Positions 15,253 through 27,269 of a stretch of DNA of 59,542 bases are shown here, piece by piece. Position 1 is the stretch's first letter, and each line of letters begins with the position of its first letter. This DNA is from Octopus bimaculoides (lineage: Eukaryota): NCBI RefSeq assembly GCF_001194135.2, contig NC_068984.1, positions 145,902,562 to 145,962,103 of the forward strand, written 5' to 3'. The notes under the pieces are model-generated. The model made no database searches. It was given only the letters and a program-made list of their open reading frames with translations, and was not told the origin of the DNA. Made by a program: the position numbers and the translations under genes.

Positions 15253-17961
15253 CTGTCTGTGTATCATACTAAATGCAGGTACATCATGAGAAAGCAAGCT
15301 GACTGTGGTCTTTGTCTGGGTATATATATTTCTCATGGACATACAGTGTTTAAAACCACAAAAAACTATCAATGGCAGACATAAACTGTCCAGTGTTGGT
15401 AAGAATGCTAGGTGTGTATTTTGACCTTGTTGGACTTTGTAGCAGATACCCAATGCTACCTGCCATACTAAGACAAAATTCATTGCTACTGATGGAGGAA
15501 AACAGTCATTGAAAAATACCTTGGTGTTGCAATTAGTTGTGCAAAATTGAAATAGAAATTTGTCTATCATACTTAATGCAGAGACATCATGAAAAAGCAA
15601 ATTTATTGTGGTATTTGTCTGGATATAAATATATCTTATGAATGTACTCAAAATCAGAGAGATTTTATTACCACCAACCAATAGTATATATTATGATTAA
15701 AATTCTATTCCCCCCCACCAAAAAAAAAATTAGGGTGCTCCTTATACCTGAGCATCTAACACATAGAAATAAATGTCTGCATGTGTATGTTCAGTATATA
15801 TTTACAAACATTGTAAACCCCAAGAAATAAATAAACGGTGCTCAACAAATGAAATCTCTTAAGTTACAGACATCTTGTTATCATATTCACTGCTGTTTCA
15901 CGAATTATTGATTGGCCTCTCATAGATCTGTAATCCTTGATTACAAATTGTAATATTAAAAAGAAATAGAAAAAGTTTTAAAAAATGAGTCTTATTGTAA
16001 TTTGTTTCTTTATTGATAACATGTCACATGTGTTTTTGTCTGTTTTAGAGTGAAAGAACTACAAACGAGTTTGGTTGAGAAAGAAGCTATGGTGAAAGCG
16101 TTGCAACGATCATCCCTCGGTCGTAGCAGTGGGGTACGCACCTTGCACTGTACACCTCTCTGCTCCAATCTCATCACAGCCACAAGTTCCTTGACCAGGC
16201 AGTCTCGGGCCAGTCATGTTGAAGATTCAACTTTCAGAGATTATGGTCTGGCAAAACACGCCAAATCAGGTGAGTGGAATCGATCTCTTCTCTAGCCATT
16301 TATTTTGCATCTTTTGTCTTGTGCTTGTTTCAGTCATTAAACTGTGGCCATGCTGGGGCACTGCCTTGAAGGGTCAACACCCGCAGTGCTTATTTTTAAG
16401 TCTTGTACTTATTCTATCGGTCTCTTTGACCAAACCACTAAGTTACATAAACTACCACAAACACACACACATACACATATGGGCTTCCACATAGTTTCCT
16501 TCAACCAGATTCCCTCACAAATCATCGGTTGGCCTGGGACTATTGTAGAAGACACTGTGAGGGCTGGGGATCAGCCCCACATCATTACGAAGCAAGCCAT
16601 CTCTGCACCTGTATAGAATAATAGAAAAGAATAAAGCTTTCTTAGGGGTTTTTTTGTGGGGGGAGGGGTAACTGGGTGTGGAAAAATTATGCTGATAAAT
16701 ACCATGTATTGTATGCCCTCTTAATTTTGGTCTTATATACATATATATATATATATATATAAAAACATATCCACACACATATATATACATTCCCTTTTAA
16801 ACCTAACCTTAATTCTAACCCCAGATTATCTGTTCCTAATCACTGTATTAACAAATCTTCTTTCTGTTTCCCTATTTCAGGCAGTGCTAATGATGTTGAT
16901 CTAAGTAATTCCTATGAACTGGACACATCTTGTACAGACAAGCACAATTCCTCATCAGAGGTAAGTTTCTTTCCAGCACTTCATTCTTAGAACCTTTGTT
17001 CCCTCTCTCTCGCACACACTCACGAAATTCACTATACCTCACACACACACACACACTCTCTCTCTTTTTCTCTCTCTCTCTATCTATCTATCTCACATAT
17101 TTTTCACTCACATCTTTATAAATAAAATTACTGAATCTGTGAACAAGGAGACAAACAGACACACTTGAAGCAGACCTGGAGTAGAGAGGGCATGTCATTG
17201 ATGAGGTTGCCAGTGGCAACATAAGAACCTTGACAAATATAGCTAATTGACTGATTGACCAAGCTATTAATCAAATAAAGAAGTGAAATAGAATCAGTGT
17301 TTTTTTTTATATTAGCATAATGACCCTCCCAAGATACATCTCAACACACAATTTCACATTAAGAATCTTGCAAACCAAATTCAAAAGTAGAATAATAATC
17401 TCAAAACAAGAGTGCCAGAAAAGAGTACAAAAGGAAATTTGAGGGAAATCTGGTTGTTACTTTTAGCAAATGCCCCTCTAGGAGAGCAAGTGCATAGTAA
17501 AGTACCAACGTCATAGCTGTAGTCATTGTTCATTGTTGATGTGTAGAGTTCATGGCACTAATGACAGTATATTATTATTATTATTAATGGCGGAAAACTG
17601 GCAGAATCGTCAGCACCCCAGGCGAAATGCTTAGCAATATTTCATCTGTCTTTGTGTTCTGAGTTCAAATTCCGCCAAGGTCAACTTTGCCTTTCATTCT
17701 TTCGGGGGGTCGATGAATTAAGTACCAGTTGTGTACTGAGGTCGATCTAATCGACTAGCCCCTTCCCCAAAAATTTCGGGCCTTGTACCTAAAGTAGCAA
17801 AAAAAATATTATTATTATTATTATTATTATTGTTATTATTATTATTATATGTGTGTTTTTGCTGTTGCTTATTATTATTATTATTATTATTTTGTTATTT
17901 CTCTTTGATATTATAGAGTGATGGAAAGGAAGACACCGAACGCAAACTGTGGCAAGTGTGA
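4877..17961 (+). CDS. AMOT: Angiomotin-family protein, 14 coding exons, 2169 nt, 722 aa
   Basis: Exons 4877-4943, 6203-6887, 7894-8077, 8776-8920, 9663-9700, 10133-10202, 10958-11103, 11657-11809, 12827-12961, 13691-13746, 14567-14710, 16049-16269, 16881-16960 and 17917-17961 join in frame with GT-AG introns. The protein has PPPY and PPEY motifs and RQEPQGEE. Its coiled coil (IVEILNNENRFL, IEILDNALTNAQSNVVRLEEE, EKREQMEQQLRNKLEKEL, WEQRCL, VEKEAMVKALQ, HAKSG) is recognisably colinear with vertebrate AMOT/AMOTL. Confidence 0.9.
6203..6887 (+). CDS. AMOT: AMOT coding exon 2 (RQEPQGEE, LPPPPEY, RTRSQPDL)
   Basis: Long open frame matching ORF 6244-6891; acceptor ag 6201-6202, donor gtgagt 6888. 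Confidence 0.9.
7894..8077 (+). CDS. AMOT: AMOT coding exon 3, start of coiled coil
   Basis: ARTKHIVEILNNENRFLKEKL resembles AMOT [21 protein letters not shown]; splice phases fit. Confidence 0.9.
8776..8920 (+). CDS. AMOT: AMOT coding exon 4 (CEDEISKVTEEYQTLEQKSRKIQQWEAAYRRKLEEE...)
   Basis: Colinear with AMOT ETEIQRVSEAYENL...RNKLEGE; tttag acceptor and gtaaaa donor. Confidence 0.85.
9374..9558. mobile_element. piggyBac-type MITE
   Basis: TTAA TSD at 9370-9373 and 9559-9562; TIR CCCTTTCGTTA / TAACGAAAGGG. Confidence 0.85.
9663..9700 (+). CDS. AMOT: AMOT 38-nt coding exon 5
   Basis: Strong pyrimidine acceptor and gtcagt donor; bridges phase 1 to phase 0 as required. Confidence 0.65.
10133..10202 (+). 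CDS. AMOT: AMOT coding exon 6 (MSETDIRTELRKKEAIIANLMSV)
   Basis: ttacag acceptor, gtacgt donor, phases fit. Confidence 0.8.
10958..11103 (+). CDS. AMOT: AMOT coding exon 7
   Basis: EQQRSEIEILDNALTNAQSNVVRLEEE matches AMOT [27 protein letters not shown]. Confidence 0.93.
11657..11809 (+). CDS. AMOT: AMOT coding exon 8
   Basis: KKKQLYMDRLDQLQKAFVSLQMATEKREQMEQQLRNKLEKEL matches the AMOT coiled coil. Confidence 0.93.
12250..12412 (+). mobile_element. Repeat family B ((CAT)n-TTTAACGTCCG...CTACAGCTGGATGCCCTTCCTAACGCCAACC), SINE-like
   Basis: Highly recurrent, with copies near 5160-5350, 7690-7830, 23180-23470, 24830-24980, 25090-25475, 35030-35225, 35780-36000, 36150-36290, 38300-38660, 40070-40400 and 49615-50170. 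Confidence 0.75.
12827..12961 (+). CDS. AMOT: AMOT coding exon 9
   Basis: LLQEKDTRMLQLEAEVAK resembles AMOT LLREKEERILALEADMTK; gtgagt donor. Confidence 0.9.
13107..13262 (+). mobile_element. tRNA-derived SINE family A, head and body
   Basis: GGCATGGCTGTGTGGTTAGGAAG...CAGGTTCACTCC...GTGTCTTCTACTATAGCC...GTGGATTTGG...GGAAACTGAAAG; many related copies in the window (e.g. about 3850-3960, 16490-16600, 22600-22720, 24960-25090, 27280-27420, 28360-28470, 41455-41590, 45050-45165). Confidence 0.75.
13691..13746 (+). CDS. AMOT: AMOT coding exon 10 (WEQRCLTES...)
   Basis: Resembles AMOT WEQKYLEE; phases fit. Confidence 0.85.
14567..14710 (+). CDS. AMOT: AMOT coding exon 11
   Basis: Open frame EKLLAESKSEKLRHMEEAYQAKKKSTELEA; cacag acceptor, gtgagt donor. 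Confidence 0.85.
16049..16269 (+). CDS. AMOT: AMOT coding exon 12
   Basis: VKELQTSLVEKEAMVKALQR resembles AMOT [20 protein letters not shown]; HAKSG resembles HSKTG. Confidence 0.9.
16881..16960 (+). CDS. AMOT: AMOT coding exon 13
   Basis: Strong acceptor and gtaagt donor; phase 1 to 0. Confidence 0.75.
17589..17800 (+). mobile_element. SINE family C with a Nin-domain-like core
   Basis: GGCGG...CTGGCAGAATCG...GAGTTCAAATTCCGCC...GGTCAACTTTGCCTTTCAT...GGGGGTCGAT...AAGTACCAG; further copies at about 20020-20232 (+), 4370-4560 (-) and 57716-57832 (-). Confidence 0.7.
17917..17961 (+). CDS. AMOT: AMOT terminal coding exon (SDGKEDTERKLWQV*)
   Basis: Acceptor ag 17915-17916, stop TGA 17959-17961; hydrophobic C-terminus compatible with a PDZ-binding motif. 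Confidence 0.75.
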   Translation, partial: SDGKEDTERKLWQV

Positions 17962-19113
17962 ACTTCGATGAGAACATCAACAACATTTTGTCCTGATTGA
18001 AACCTACTTTCACATTTCTGCAAGTTTATCTTGCTAAATGATGGCAGTGCTGAATACTGCTCCTTTGGTATTGGTGTGAAGTGATGATCCTTCCAGGAAT
18101 TTTACTCGCACGCACGCACACACATACATATATACATATATAATTATACACATGGTTGTATTTGCAAATATCTCTACTTGCAAAATGACTTTGCGGACAT
18201 ATTGAAAAGACCTTAATAACTAACATACAGTCAGTTTTATATATATATACACATATATATAGAAGAGAAAGTACGTTGAGTAATATTTGCAAGAAGCTGA
18301 TATTTTACTAATGTAATTGCAGGTGACACTTCCAGTTCTTGCTTTATCATAGTATAATTGTGAGTTAACAAACAACGTACATTTATGCACACCCAAGATT
18401 CTACACTACATAAATCATTATATGTATATATGTATGTATATATATATGTATATATAATGTTCGTTTGCCAACTTACTACTACTTATGGTAACTCAGTTGT
18501 ATTAGTTTCAGCTTCTATTATGTATATATGTATGTATACACTCGCACACATACATATGTATATATATGTATATATATGATTCAGTGTGTGGGTGTACATT
18601 TTATTGTTGTGTGTGTCTATGTGGAATACCTACAGAAAGAAAAGCAGTCGTCATAGTGTCATTGAAGATGTAAGTCTCTTGTATTCCGTTGCGGGATCAG
18701 CGGAAACAAACCCCCCACACACACACACAAACATTAACTCAATCAAATAATGGAGAAAATAAAACTCCAAGAGTTATGTTTCTGTTTAATTTATATTCTA
18801 ACCATTTTAGTGTTTATATATATATGTGTATATATATATTTATCTATATATATATATATGTATATATATATTTGAAAATTCAATTTTTTTATTGCTGTGT
18901 GAACCTGTTTTTTTATTATAATTAATGTTTTGTCATTATTTTTTAATTATTATTATTTTATTATTATTACTATTATTGACGTGGTAATCGGTAGAACATC
19001 AGATGAAATACCTTTGGGTATTTTTATTATGGTGGCTATTTTTATTAAAACATTCTGGGTTTAAAATCTCACCAAGGTTGACTTATCCTTTCATTCTTTT
19101 AACAAGAATATAT

Positions 19114-19547
19114 NNNNNNNNNNNNNNNNNNNNNNNNNNNNNNNNNNNNNNNNNNNNNNNNNNNNNNNNNNNNNNNNNNNNNNNNNNNNNNNNNNNNNNN
19201 NNNNNNNNNNNNNNNNNNNNNNNNNNNNNNNNNNNNNNNNNNNNNNNNNNNNNNNNNNNNNNNNNNNNNNNNNNNNNNNNNNNNNNNNNNNNNNNNNNNN
19301 NNNNNNNNNNNNNNNNNNNNNNNNNNNNNNNNNNNNNNNNNNNNNNNNNNNNNNNNNNNNNNNNNNNNNNNNNNNNNNNNNNNNNNNNNNNNNNNNNNNN
19401 NNNNNNNNNNNNNNNNNNNNNNNNNNNNNNNNNNNNNNNNNNNNNNNNNNNNNNNNNNNNNNNNNNNNNNNNNNNNNNNNNNNNNNNNNNNNNNNNNNNN
19501 NNNNNNNNNNNNNNNNNNNNNNNNNNNNNNNNNNNNNNNNNNNNNNN
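19114..19547. other. Assembly gap (other large gaps at 26238-27004, 48578-49514 and 50634-50715)
   Basis: Runs of N; the long ORFs spanning them are artefacts. Confidence 0.99.
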
Positions 19548-20249
19548 TTGCAATATATCTAAAGGGTTGTGAGTGTCCAGTTCGCTCCATGGTGGCTGGT
19601 CTACCATTGAGAGGAACTTTACTGTAAAAGAAAGAAATTGAGAAAAAAAAAAAAGGATTTAATTTTGTAAAAACGAAATAACTATTTTTATTTAATCTTT
19701 TGTATAAAATAACCATTTTCAACCAGCCCCTGCTACAGCAGCAGTATACAATTTCTTCCTAATCCCCTTCCATGTTGTGCGTGTGTTTTATCATCATCCG
19801 GTGTGACATACTCAGATAAATATTTAGGGACAATGTTGTTTGTTATTAGTTGAAAGTTGGTCCCTGTTTTCTCTCTCTCTCTCTCTCTTACACACACTCA
19901 GCTATCCTTATTCCACTGTTAGTTGAAAATCATAATTATGCAGTTCTTTCAAACACACACATGCATGTCCTTGTATATATATATGTGTGTATATAGATAC
20001 ATATATACATACATATAGAAAGGCAGTGCATTGGCAAAACCGTTAACCTGCCAGGCAAGATGGTTAGTGGCATTTCACCCATCTTTACATTTTCAGTTCA
20101 AATTCAGCCAAGGTCAACTTTCCCATTCATCCTTTCGGGGTCGATAAAATAAGTGCCAGTTGAGTACTGGGGTCAATAAAATCAACTAGCCCCCCTCGCC
20201 CAAAATTTCAACCTTGTGCCTACAGTAGAAGGATATATGAATATATATA

Positions 20250-20289
<40 letters not shown>

Positions 20290-23200
20290 TATAAAGTGAG
20301 AGAGATGAAGGAGAAGAGACAGAGATATGGATTCACAATTCCCACCTGCCGTTCTTTCAATAAGAACTGACCTAATCCTTGGAACTTTCAACTTCGGATG
20401 TCTTAAACAACATTGCCCATCATGTGTGTGTGTGTGCCTGTGCCATGTGTCTGAATAATTTTTTTTTTTTTTTTTTTTCAAGTCCATTTCACACTTTGTA
20501 AATAGAATTCTCTTAATCTCACTTCAAAACAATATTTATCATTTGTACAGAATATTTGTAATAAACATTTTGAAGAGAAAGGAAGAAAAAAAATCTGTAT
20601 GAGACATCAGGTTTCATTGAATAATCTGTTATAAATTTAAATCATTAAATATTAATTTGGAATTGTATGTAACCCCCCCCCTCCCCCTGCTCCTCCTTCC
20701 GTTGTCGTTCCCTTTACCTATTTATTGCCGACTTGCAGGCAAGTTTCTGTTTTTTGACTTGTACCAAGTTTCACTAATGACTAATATAATGTTTGGAATG
20801 ACCACCTTCCCCAGATGGATTGTCTTTGCTTCATTTTAAGGAGCTACAAAAAAAAAAAAATTAAATTAGATAAAGGCATCAAAAAGTTTAATTATAACAA
20901 TCAGGATTGTTGCAGTTCTTTTGGATTTAAAGAAATCTTAGTGATGGACATTTGAATGATATATACACACATATATATATATGTATCTATATATATTAGT
21001 TATTAAATTTTGTTACATTCAAATGGTATTTAGAAAAAATATTAGGAGTTATTTTGTTTTGTTTCTTGTTTGTTTTTTTATGTGTCTCTCCAAAATGCTT
21101 TGTAAATTCATTAGTATAATGAAAACTACGTAAACAAGATTCTTAAATGAAAGACAACCTTACAATGTTTTTCTCTTTGTGTGATTCTGTGAGGGTTATG
21201 TTGGTTTAGTGTCTCTTGGAATTGCTTTGCCTTTTTGCAGGAACTGCAAGAGCTACTTGGAGGGTTTTGTAAGCTCTTCTAAACCCAGCACAAACGTTGG
21301 AAACCCTCTCATGTCAACAGGTATCTCAGGGTCACAAGTGCTTTACCTAAGTGAAACAGCAAGGACTGATTTCAGTCTTTTCCTGTAAAAATTTGCTCCA
21401 TATTTTTGTCTTTCTAGAGAAATATTTCATTAAATCGTTAGAAAGACTGACAGAAAAAACCCATTTATCTCATGCCTCCAGGTTCTTGAGGCTGTGGATA
21501 AACAAGGCTTGAAGGATGAAGGGACAACACCATTTCCTTAATGGTGTCCAAATGCCATTGCTACTCATTTTTACCCGAGTATACAGGAGTTATGTGACTT
21601 GAGCTACCCTTGCTCAAGGACATAATGCACTACCATGTCTAAAAATTGAACCTACAACCTCATGATCATGAGACCAAAACTTAACCATTAAGCCACATAC
21701 CTTCACAAGAATGATAGATGCACACTGATTAAAATATTCTTGTATTTGTTTGTGTTTTATATTCAAAGATATATTTAACTTGCAAAAAAATGTAACCATC
21801 TCCATATGGACAGTTATAATAATTGATTAATTAATATTTAAATCTAATTATAATCTCACTCCAAAAATGCCTTCATTTATAGATATTTTGAGACAGAATA
21901 TAGTAAGCTTTCTTCATAAAGAATCTGCAACTCAAGTTAGTCTAAAAGTGATAAAATAATTTGGCAATTTACCCTAAATAGGAATTATCCTTCCAAAATA
22001 CAGGTACAACGTCAATCTCATGGAACTTTTGCTTCCAAAACCTTTCTGGATGATTGATTTTCCAAATCAGAGGCAGTTGGTCACCTTGGTCAACAAGCTC
22101 TAAATTAACCAATTATTGAATAATTAAATGAAAAAGATACTTGTGCATTAGTTTAAATTAATGCCAAAGATAGGAAGTTCCAGACTGTCACTGTCCAGAA
22201 AGTTAACGTTGTACTTGGATACCTTGAATTTGTTTTTTTTTTATCCTTATGTCAAAGGGGAGAATCCAGCAATCAAAAATGTAGCAAAACAAAGCAGGTT
22301 ACTTTGTTTTGGTACCTGAGATTGTACCCCTATACCCTGTACCCAAACTTTAACAGTCAATGAAATGAACAACTGCTGATTAAAAGAAAAAAAAAATAGA
22401 ACAATTTAAAGGAACCTGATTTCTGTAATACATTTTTGTTTTCTATGTAAATGCGATGAATTCATAAAGTTGTTTTTTTTATGTATCAAATATATTTTCA
22501 CTGGAAAATGTTGTAAACATGTGAAAATAAAAATAATTTTTCATGAAAATCTGTCATCTTGTTTTTAAATTGCAAAAAGAAAATGTAAGGAACTCAGTTT
22601 ACAACCACATGGTTTCAGGTTCAGTTCCAATGCATGGTACCCTGAGAAAGTGTTTTCTATTATAACTGCAGACCAATGTTGTGAGTGAATTTGATAGGCA
22701 GAAACTGCAAGGAAGCCTGTCATATGCATGTGTGTGTATGTTTGTTAACTGTCCCTTGCCTTGGCATAACATAAACGTGTGTCACCATTATGCAAGCAGA
22801 GTTCTTCGTTACCAAGATCAGAATTTCTCTTTTTGGCTTCCAGACAAAGAGTGACAAGGAAGATACTCAGCCAAACAGAGATGTAAACAAGAAAGCATAG
22901 CAAAGTAGATGTAACCCTTTTCGTGTTTCGTGTGTTACATCTGACACCTAGAACATATTCCCCTGGTGTCCATACATCATTTCGGATATACGTTCCCACC
23001 TCCTTTTCTTTCTTCTTTTTAATTTTTTTTTTATTTTTGACCACCGGAGCAACTTGGGATTTATAAAAAGAAAACTCTATATTATTCAGAACATATAAAA
23101 CATCTGAAAACAAGGATTGGACGTTTGGAACAAACTTATGAAAATGCTTGGGACAGGCAACGGATTCAGCAAATTATCATCATCATCATCATTATCCCTT

Positions 23201-23551
23201 AACGTCTGTTGTCCATGCTGGCATGGGTTGGACAGTGTGACCAAGGCTGGTAAGCTGGAAGCATCAGACCCCAGTCCGATTTGGCATAGTTTCTACAGAT
23301 CGATGCCTTTCCTAATGCCAACCACTCCAACAGTGTAATGGGTGCCTTTATGTGCCACCAGCACGAGCGCCATTTGTGTGACACTGGTATCTGCCATGAT
23401 TGCGATTTTGTTCAGCTTGATGGGTCTTCTCAAGCACGACAACATAATACCAAAGGGCTCGACCCTTGCCTCTGTAAGGCCCAACAATCGAAAGCTCAGC
23501 CTCTTTGAACAAACTAATTGTCATAATTAAAATTCTATTAGTCAGTGAGTG

Positions 23552-23835
23552 AAGGTGCGTGGCTTAGTGGTTAGGGGTATTCGGGTCTCGATCATATGTT
23601 CAGGAGTTCGATTCCTGGCAGCGCACCGTGTCCTTGAGCAAGACACTTTATTTAACTTTGCTCCTGTCCACTCAGCTGACAAAAATGGATTGTGCCTGTA
23701 ATTCAAAGGGCCAGCTTTGTCACACTCGATCTCCCTGAGAACATTATGGTTGCGTGTGTCGGTGGATTGCACACCCACATGCATGTTAATTTCACGAGCG
23801 GGCCAGCGACGGAGTGCCCAGTTGTTAGTCATTGA
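23552..23835 (+). mobile_element. tRNA-derived SINE family D
   Basis: GCGTGGCTTAGTGGTTAGG...GAGTTCGATTCC...GTGTCCTTGAGCAAGACACTT...CCACTCAGCTG; copies at about 10530-10760 (+), 11872-12215 (-), 21600-21700 (-) and 43700-43880 (+). Confidence 0.7.
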
Positions 23836-25994
23836 CTGTAATCGTCTTTTCTTCATCATATCTTGGATATGGCGACGTTGATTTCACTATTAGAATTCAT
23901 GCGAAGTGCATCCCAGGCAATAAGGATCCGTAGTTTCTTCTCTAAAAACTCGGCTTGGTGGAGATAGGGGAAAAGCGGGAATGCGTGTAAGGGAGACAAC
24001 TTCATCCTTGATACACGATGTGCAAGGGAGACAATCCATAATACGAAAGTGGCTACTAGAGAAAATATTGGACCGTGAAACCAAATCTTCAACGTAAAGG
24101 TTTTAGCTGTTTATTTTCTTTTTTTTGGTTTCTTTGTTGGTGGCCTCGGTCACTGGATTGCCGTTATGCTGAACCACTGCCTCCGAGGGTTTGGCTGATT
24201 AACTCCAGTATTTATTTTGTAGTTAGCAGCAACGAAATAGAAGCTGACAAGGCCAGGAACCACACCAGGTACCACTGTTTGGGTTTCTACACCTGAATGC
24301 TCTTCCTAATGCCAACCACTTTACAGAGTGTGGACTGGGTGTTTTATGTAGCACCAGCAAGGTCAGCAAGTACTTGGAAAGACAAAAATCCCTCAACTGG
24401 GAGGGAGGAGTAGTATTGATGGGGGTGTGTCTTTGTGCCAGTTGAGAGATTTAGTGTAGAAGGGATAGAAATAGAAGTATTGTTGATACATGGCTACTCC
24501 AGTGAGAAAAGGAAGGAGAGTGAGTTGCTGCATCTTTCTCATCAAATACCCTTCTTGTCTCTATCATGACTTCTTTTTTTTTTCAAACTGTTATCGTTTT
24601 CAAAATTTTCCTCACAACTTTTGAAGATCTATCCTCTATAGTCCCCAAAAATGCCATCTTGAAGAGATAATATACAACAAACAATTTTTGACAAAATTGT
24701 CTTAAAGACAGATATTCTCTCTGCACCAGGTAATGGATGGACATTGAAAAGTTCTAGTAATTCCTTGTTTACAAAATTAAGCAAAAAATGTTCCTCCATT
24801 AAATTAAATTTGGTACAATCCGCATCATCGTTATTACTTAATGTCTGCTCTCCATGCTGGCATGGGTTGGATGGTTTGACAGCATCTGGTAAGCCAGGGA
24901 GCTGCACAAGGCTCCAATAGTCTATTTTGGCAAGGTTTTTACAGCTGGATACCCTTCTTAATGCCAACCACAAGACTTTGGTTGGCCTGGGGTTATAGCA
25001 GAATATATTTGCCCAAGGTGCCATACAATGAGACAAAACCTGAAACCATCTGGTTGGGAAGCAAATTTCTTGCCACACAGCCATACCTGCACCTTATATA
25101 TGAGTGTAGACCTGTTGGTGCAAGCGAAAGTGAAATCGTGATGGCACCTGTGCCCAGTGTCACCTTCCTGGCACTTGTGCCGGTGGCTTCGACCGAGATC
25201 GTGCCAGTGCCGTTGGACTAGCTCCTGTGCAGGTGGCACATAAAATACACCATTCTGAGTGTGGCCATTGCCAGTACCACCTGACTGGCCTTCGTGCCGG
25301 TGGCACATAAAAGCACTCACTACACTCTCGGAGTGGTTGGCGTTAAAAAGGGCATCCAGCTGTAGAAACTCTGCCAAATCAGATTGGAGCCTGGTGTAGC
25401 CATCCGGTTCACCAGTCCTCAGTCAAATCGTCCAACCCATGCTAGCATGGAAAGCGGACGTTAAACGATGATGATATATATATATATATATATATATCTG
25501 AAAATAAGATGACAAAGGAATAAAAAGTTACCCTATGGACTTTATTAGCTTACAGTTGTTTCTGCTGTAAAGTGCAGTGGGCTCCTAGTTGAGTGGCTGG
25601 TACTCAATTAAGAGTCCAATGCATCCTCTTGTAGAAACAGTTGTAAACTAATGAAGTTCATAAGGTAATCACTTATTCTTTTGTCTTCTCATTTCCTTAT
25701 TACCTGCTCTGTACTTATTACCTGCTTCGTTCTAAAACATGTGTATATTGAGTTCTATACCAGGTTATTAGTCTCACAATGCTTAAGCGAAATATATATA
25801 TCAAAAGGATGTGTTACAGTACTATTCCACAGCCATACCAACAATTCAACATACCTCCATCATCAACTGCCCCACAGATATCATTATGGTTTCGACACCT
25901 GAGCAGTACCATTCAATCCAGCAGTGTCAACAGCACTAAAATAAGTGTTGTTTGGGAACTAAGTATATATATATATATATATATATATACATAC

Positions 25995-27211
25995 AACTAG
26001 CAGAAATACCCGGCTTTGCCCGGGTTAAAGAGAATAATGAAATCTAAAAACGCCGTCTAGACTACGCAACCCTCAACTGTTAGTAGCTATGATACCATAT
26101 TTCTACATTAATAACTCTCCAATCCATGCCAGCATGGAACATAGACATTAAGTGGAATGCCAGTCTCTCATCTAGGAGGGCCTTGAAATCAATGTTACCA
26201 ACTGGGGACTATGTGTGTCGTAGTGACAATAAAAAGANNNNNNNNNNNNNNNNNNNNNNNNNNNNNNNNNNNNNNNNNNNNNNNNNNNNNNNNNNNNNNN
26301 NNNNNNNNNNNNNNNNNNNNNNNNNNNNNNNNNNNNNNNNNNNNNNNNNNNNNNNNNNNNNNNNNNNNNNNNNNNNNNNNNNNNNNNNNNNNNNNNNNNN
26401 NNNNNNNNNNNNNNNNNNNNNNNNNNNNNNNNNNNNNNNNNNNNNNNNNNNNNNNNNNNNNNNNNNNNNNNNNNNNNNNNNNNNNNNNNNNNNNNNNNNN
26501 NNNNNNNNNNNNNNNNNNNNNNNNNNNNNNNNNNNNNNNNNNNNNNNNNNNNNNNNNNNNNNNNNNNNNNNNNNNNNNNNNNNNNNNNNNNNNNNNNNNN
26601 NNNNNNNNNNNNNNNNNNNNNNNNNNNNNNNNNNNNNNNNNNNNNNNNNNNNNNNNNNNNNNNNNNNNNNNNNNNNNNNNNNNNNNNNNNNNNNNNNNNN
26701 NNNNNNNNNNNNNNNNNNNNNNNNNNNNNNNNNNNNNNNNNNNNNNNNNNNNNNNNNNNNNNNNNNNNNNNNNNNNNNNNNNNNNNNNNNNNNNNNNNNN
26801 NNNNNNNNNNNNNNNNNNNNNNNNNNNNNNNNNNNNNNNNNNNNNNNNNNNNNNNNNNNNNNNNNNNNNNNNNNNNNNNNNNNNNNNNNNNNNNNNNNNN
26901 NNNNNNNNNNNNNNNNNNNNNNNNNNNNNNNNNNNNNNNNNNNNNNNNNNNNNNNNNNNNNNNNNNNNNNNNNNNNNNNNNNNNNNNNNNNNNNNNNNNN
27001 NNNNTAAAGGGAAAGTATTTGACATGAGTGTTTTTGTTTCACTTTTGACACGTAATACTTAAATAGTGGAGGAGATATTATGTTGCCGTGGGCTCGAACT
27101 CTGCAAGAAATTAAAATGTTTTTTGACTAAAACACAACTGGAACCCTAAGTAAGGCATCTGTAAAATTTGAATGAAATTGGTTGCGTAGTTCTCGAGTTT
27201 TAGGGATTCAC

Positions 27212-27242
<31 letters not shown>

Positions 27243-27269
27243 CACATTCTCATTTTTATATATATAGAT
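25995..27269 (+). mobile_element. Non-autonomous Helitron/Helentron (Lep1/DINE-like), interior hidden by an N gap
   Basis: 5' end AACTAGC followed by hairpin ACCCGG-ctttgc-CCGGGT (26008-26025); 3' end has a (GACA)n microsatellite and TTTTATATATATAGAT; inserted after an (AT)n tract. Confidence 0.65.

Noticed and set aside
19003-19722. Long ORFs here and at 26126-27062 and 48091-49627
   Set aside because: They are composed mostly of N-gap codons.
21241-21290. Strong-looking acceptor at 21240 as an alternative AMOT exon
   Set aside because: The compatible frames stop within about 14 codons and show no recognisable homology.
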